From a virus (Duplodnaviria; Caudoviricetes), in the IMG/VR virus record IMGVR_UViG_3300037309_000191, positions 1-26,036 of that record: 26,036 nucleotides of DNA; one strand, given 5' to 3'. Position numbers and translations under genes: made by a program. Positions 23,747 to 26,036 of this stretch are shown piece after piece. The notes beneath the pieces were generated by a model that had not been told where the DNA came from, did not search any database, and saw nothing but the letters and a program-made list of their open reading frames with translations. Each line of letters starts with the position of its first letter. Position 1 is the first letter of the stretch.

Positions 23747-23796
23747 TTTGGCCGCGCAGCTCCTGTGTTAACCGTGTGTGGACAACGCTTGTGCGC

Positions 23797-23824
23797 AGAT
23801 TGGTCAAATAAGTCTAAATGTCAA
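23797..23824 (-). promoter_or_regulatory. Putative early promoter (Pe): -35 TTGACA, 16-nt spacer, -10 CAATCT
   Basis: TGTCAA at 23819-23824 and AGATTG at 23797-23802 on the + strand, in the AT-richer ner/repressor intergenic region. Confidence 0.55.
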
Positions 23825-23851
23825 GACGCCCATGGACGTGGAAGGTTAACC

Positions 23852-24517
23852 TTGGTCTCGGATGACGAAGAGAATTCGACAGGAGCGCCTAGACGGCTGC
23901 GCAAGCTGCTGTCAGAGGTGCCGAACATGTCTGAATTGTCGCGTGTTTCCGGGGTGAACCGCCGGATGCTCGATCGCTATCGGGACGGAATGGAGCCATC
24001 TCTGATGGCTGCAGCGAAGATTGCACGCGCCCTGAACTTGCCGCTGGACGCTTTAGTCTACGACACGTATGACCAAGTCTCGACGCTTCCGCTCGACGAC
24101 TCAGATGCTATCCGCATCCCTTTCTTCAATGTTGCCGCGTCCGCCGGCCCGGGATCCGAAGCGCCAGGGCATGAAATGATCGTTCACCTGAATTTCTCGC
24201 GGACGCTGTTGCGCAAGCTCGGGGTCCGGCCCGAGGACGCCCATGCCATCTCGGCGCGGGGCGACAGCATGCTGCCCACCATCGCTAACGGGCAGATCAT
24301 CCTGCTGGACCGGAGCGTGCGCCGGGTGCGCGAGGACGCGATCTATGTGTTGTCGATCGACCAGGATATTCGTTTGAAGCGGATCCAGAAGGGCCTCGGC
24401 GGCTCGCTGATCCTGAAGTCGGACAATCCGGCCTATGAGCCCGAGCACCTGTCGCCGGCCGATGCCGAGCAGCTGAAGGTCGAGGGCCGCGTGTTCTGGA
24501 CCGAAAGGGCCTTGTGA
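23852..24517 (+). CDS. CI-type phage repressor (HTH plus S24 peptidase domain)
   Basis: Likely TTG start at 23852 after GGAAGG; HTH SELSRVSGVNRRMLDRY; Ala-Gly cleavage site VAASAGPG; catalytic GDSM and LKR. Confidence 0.9.
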   Translation: MVSDDEENSTGAPRRLRKLLSEVPNMSELSRVSGVNRRMLDRYRDGMEPSLMAAAKIARALNLPLDALVYDTYDQVSTLPLDDSDAIRIPFFNVAASAGPGSEAPGHEMIVHLNFSRTLLRKLGVRPEDAHAISARGDSMLPTIANGQIILLDRSVRRVREDAIYVLSIDQDIRLKRIQKGLGGSLILKSDNPAYEPEHLSPADAEQLKVEGRVFWTERAL

Positions 24518-24524
24518 GGGGAAG

Positions 24525-25028
24525 ATGGTGACGAGCATTGTGTTGGGGCTGGTGGCTGTGCTTCTCCTTTCCGCGCCTGCCGGCGCGAAGACGTGCACGG
24601 CGGCGGAACTTCGTGAAGAGATCCGCTGGGGCACACGCGAGTGCAGCAACCATCCACCTGGGACGCCACCGGGCCTGCGGCCGGCTGAAGCCCCGAGTGT
24701 TTCGGATATCGGAGTGTCCCGCTGGGTCGACCGCCTGATCGACAGCTTGCGCCTTGTCGTTGCATCGGCTGAGACGATGGATAGGGCGGAGTGGCGGCGC
24801 CAGCGCGGGGAACTGACTCGGCTGCTTGGCGAGGCGAGTGCTTGGCCTTCGCATACCGCCTGGGCGCCGGCGAAAGCCCACTGCAGCCAAATCGTGCAGG
24901 CGATGCTGGACGTCATGAGCGGTCTGGAAGCCGGCACCGCGCGAGGCAAGGTGCTCGCCGATCGCCGTGTCGGTGAACTTGAGGGGCTGACCCGTCAGTG
25001 CATGACAGCGATGAAGACGCTGCCATGA
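24525..25028 (+). CDS. Secreted hypothetical protein (accessory gene downstream of the repressor)
   Basis: GAGGGG RBS, 7 nt after the repressor stop; signal-peptide-like MVTSIVLGLVAVLLLSAPAGA; 4 Cys; helical mature part. Confidence 0.75.
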   Translation: MVTSIVLGLVAVLLLSAPAGAKTCTAAELREEIRWGTRECSNHPPGTPPGLRPAEAPSVSDIGVSRWVDRLIDSLRLVVASAETMDRAEWRRQRGELTRLLGEASAWPSHTAWAPAKAHCSQIVQAMLDVMSGLEAGTARGKVLADRRVGELEGLTRQCMTAMKTLP

Positions 25029-25197
25029 TGGCCAGCAGCCAGGTTCAATTCTGTAAAGTTAACAGCGCGGTCGGGGTCCGCGCCAGATGGCTTAAGTGTC
25101 TGAATTATTTGCCCGAACGCCGGAATTCGGCGGAGATTCGCTCGATGATCCGGACATCAGGCGTTGGCCACGGCAGGCGTGCCCGCCAACCGCACGC

Positions 25198-25210
25198 TAA
25201 GTCGTTGATA
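25198..25210 (-). promoter_or_regulatory. IHF consensus site
   Basis: Minus strand TATCAACGACTTA matches WATCAANNNNTTR exactly. Confidence 0.65.
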
Positions 25211-25288
25211 TATATGCGTTCGAACGGTCCTCGAACGCTCGAAACCGCCGCCGTTCGAATATCCGCGCGCCGCCCCATAATCGCCGGC

Positions 25289-25308
25289 ACTCCAATTTTA
25301 CCTGTCCC
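25289..25308. repeat. Putative inner transposase-binding site (L2-like)
   Basis: ACTCCAATTTTACCTGTCCC, 17/20 identical to 25403-25422. Confidence 0.75.
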
Positions 25309-25342
25309 GAGCGGATCCCGTCGCGCCGCTGCACCGGCCACG

Positions 25343-25355
25343 TAAGCCATTGATT
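25343..25355 (-). promoter_or_regulatory. IHF consensus site between the two end repeats
   Basis: Minus strand AATCAATGGCTTA matches WATCAANNNNTTR exactly. Confidence 0.65.
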
Positions 25356-25402
25356 TTCCGCCAAAAACCGCCTAAACCCAGCTGATCCCGGATTGTCCCG
25401 CT

Positions 25403-25428
25403 ACTCCAAATTTAAGTGTCCCCTAACA
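25403..25428. repeat. Putative terminal transposase site (L1-like) and prophage end (…CTAACA; 5'-TGTTAG on the minus strand)
   Basis: ACTCCAAATTTAAGTGTCCC (25403-25422) followed by CTAACA; Mu-family ends are 5'-TG...CA-3'. Confidence 0.75.
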
Positions 25429-25465
25429 GACCTTGCCTTGACCTCGCCCCGTGGCGGGGGACACC

Positions 25466-26036
25466 ATGCGCTGGTTCTCGCCTTGGGGGGCGGCCATGCC
25501 TTTCTGTTTGCGGCGCCTTTTGTTCAATGGCCTCCTGGCTCTTGTCGGGTTGCTGGCCGCCTGGCTGGCCGCGCTGCCGGCCCTCGCGGCCAAGCGCCAC
25601 GCGCTGGTGATCGGCATCGACCATTACGCCCGTATCACACCGCTCAGAAATGCTGTCGCCGATGCGGAGGCCGTGGCGGCGCTCGCGCGCCGACTCGGCT
25701 TTACGCTGATCGGAGGCGGGCCGCTGGTGTCGGGCGGCAGCGCGGCGCCGGACCGCCGCCTGATCGAGCGGCGGCTCAGGGAGTTGCGCGAGGCGATCGA
25801 GCCCGGCGACATCGTGCTGTTTTTCTTTGCCGGGCATGGCGTCTCGATCGACGGGCAGAACTATCTGCTGCCGGTCGATTTCGAACCCCCGTCCGGCAGC
25901 CGCGCGCAGAAGCAGGCGATCATCGACGACGCCATCGCTGAAACGCGTGTGATGGAAACGCTGGTCAGGCAGGGCGCGCGGGTCGCACTCGCCGTGTTCG
26001 ACGCCTGCCGCAACAACCCCCTGCCGGCCGCACAGC
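25466..26036 (+). CDS. Host secreted caspase-family (peptidase C14) protein, truncated by the window edge; alternative start 25496
   Basis: Not in the ORF track; hand translation gives a signal peptide ending PALAA, then KRHALVIGIDHY....LRNAVADA...GF...GDIVLFFFAGHG...NYLLPVD...VFDACRNNP with an intact His/Cys dyad. Confidence 0.92.
   Translation, partial: MRWFSPWGAAMPFCLRRLLFNGLLALVGLLAAWLAALPALAAKRHALVIGIDHYARITPLRNAVADAEAVAALARRLGFTLIGGGPLVSGGSAAPDRRLIERRLRELREAIEPGDIVLFFFAGHGVSIDGQNYLLPVDFEPPSGSRAQKQAIIDDAIAETRVMETLVRQGARVALAVFDACRNNPLPAAQ

Larger units (their letters stand above)
1..25428 (-). mobile_element. Mu-like transposable prophage (left end, early, lysis, head and baseplate modules; continues beyond the left window edge)
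   Basis: Mu-type gene order (repressor/ner, A, B, gemA, mor, lysis, terminase, portal, F, I, T, gp36, G) with tight ATGA/TGATG/GTGA coupling; a terminal CA at 25427-25428 preceded by end repeats; an unrelated host-type gene follows. Confidence 0.95.

Noticed and set aside
23747-23851. Full CtrA binding site
   Set aside because: Only isolated TTAAC half-sites; no TTAA-N7-TTAA spacing
23765-23851. Repressor start at GTG 23765
   Set aside because: It would cover the whole divergent promoter region; TTG 23852 has an SD and lies just before the HTH
25029-25428. ORFs 24998-25345 (+) and 25105-25350 (-)
   Set aside because: They span the end repeats and IHF sites, have atypical composition and show no recognisable domain
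25466-26036. Caspase gene as a phage-borne defence system
   Set aside because: It lies outside the predicted terminus, has a signal peptide typical of secreted C14 proteins, and no partner defence genes are visible
1-26036. CRISPR array, diversity-generating retroelement, invertase cassette or Gam gene
   Set aside because: No spaced repeat array, reverse transcriptase, TR/VR pair, recombinase or Gam-like sequence recognised in this window

Overview
Bases 1-25428 are the left half of a Mu-like (transposable) prophage in a very GC-rich host. Gene content suggests an alphaproteobacterium; this is inferred, not shown. The prophage lies on the minus strand. Reading from the right: a putative phage terminus (…TGTCCCCTAACA, ending 25428) with two 20-bp transposase-site-like repeats and IHF-consensus sites; a secreted accessory gene and a CI-type repressor (both + strand); then a divergent early operon (Ner, small HTH, ParB-like, MuA, MuB, DnaA-domain-IV protein, DUF3164, small genes, GemA, Mor/C activator). 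Next come a lysis cassette (M15 endolysin, Cys-rich exported protein, holin, overlapped spanins), Mu-type packaging and head genes (gp25/26-like, small and large terminase, portal, MuF with a C-terminal extension, protease I/scaffold, decoration protein, major capsid gpT, gp35/36-like, gpG) and P2-type baseplate genes V, W and J (J is cut by the window edge). Right of the terminus begins a host gene for a secreted caspase-family (C14) peptidase. The most notable extras are: an identical 20-bp palindromic element with a fixed-spacing GCCAC ahead of both late operons; a DnaA-box-like 9-mer at the early promoter of a phage that encodes its own DnaA DNA-binding domain; AT-cored quasi-palindromes inside two DNA-binding-protein coding sequences, one of them a hidden out-of-frame ORF6N fragment; a MuF with a possible nuclease tip and no clear immunity gene; and a structured intergenic element in the head operon. 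All product calls come from motif recognition and synteny; no database search was run.
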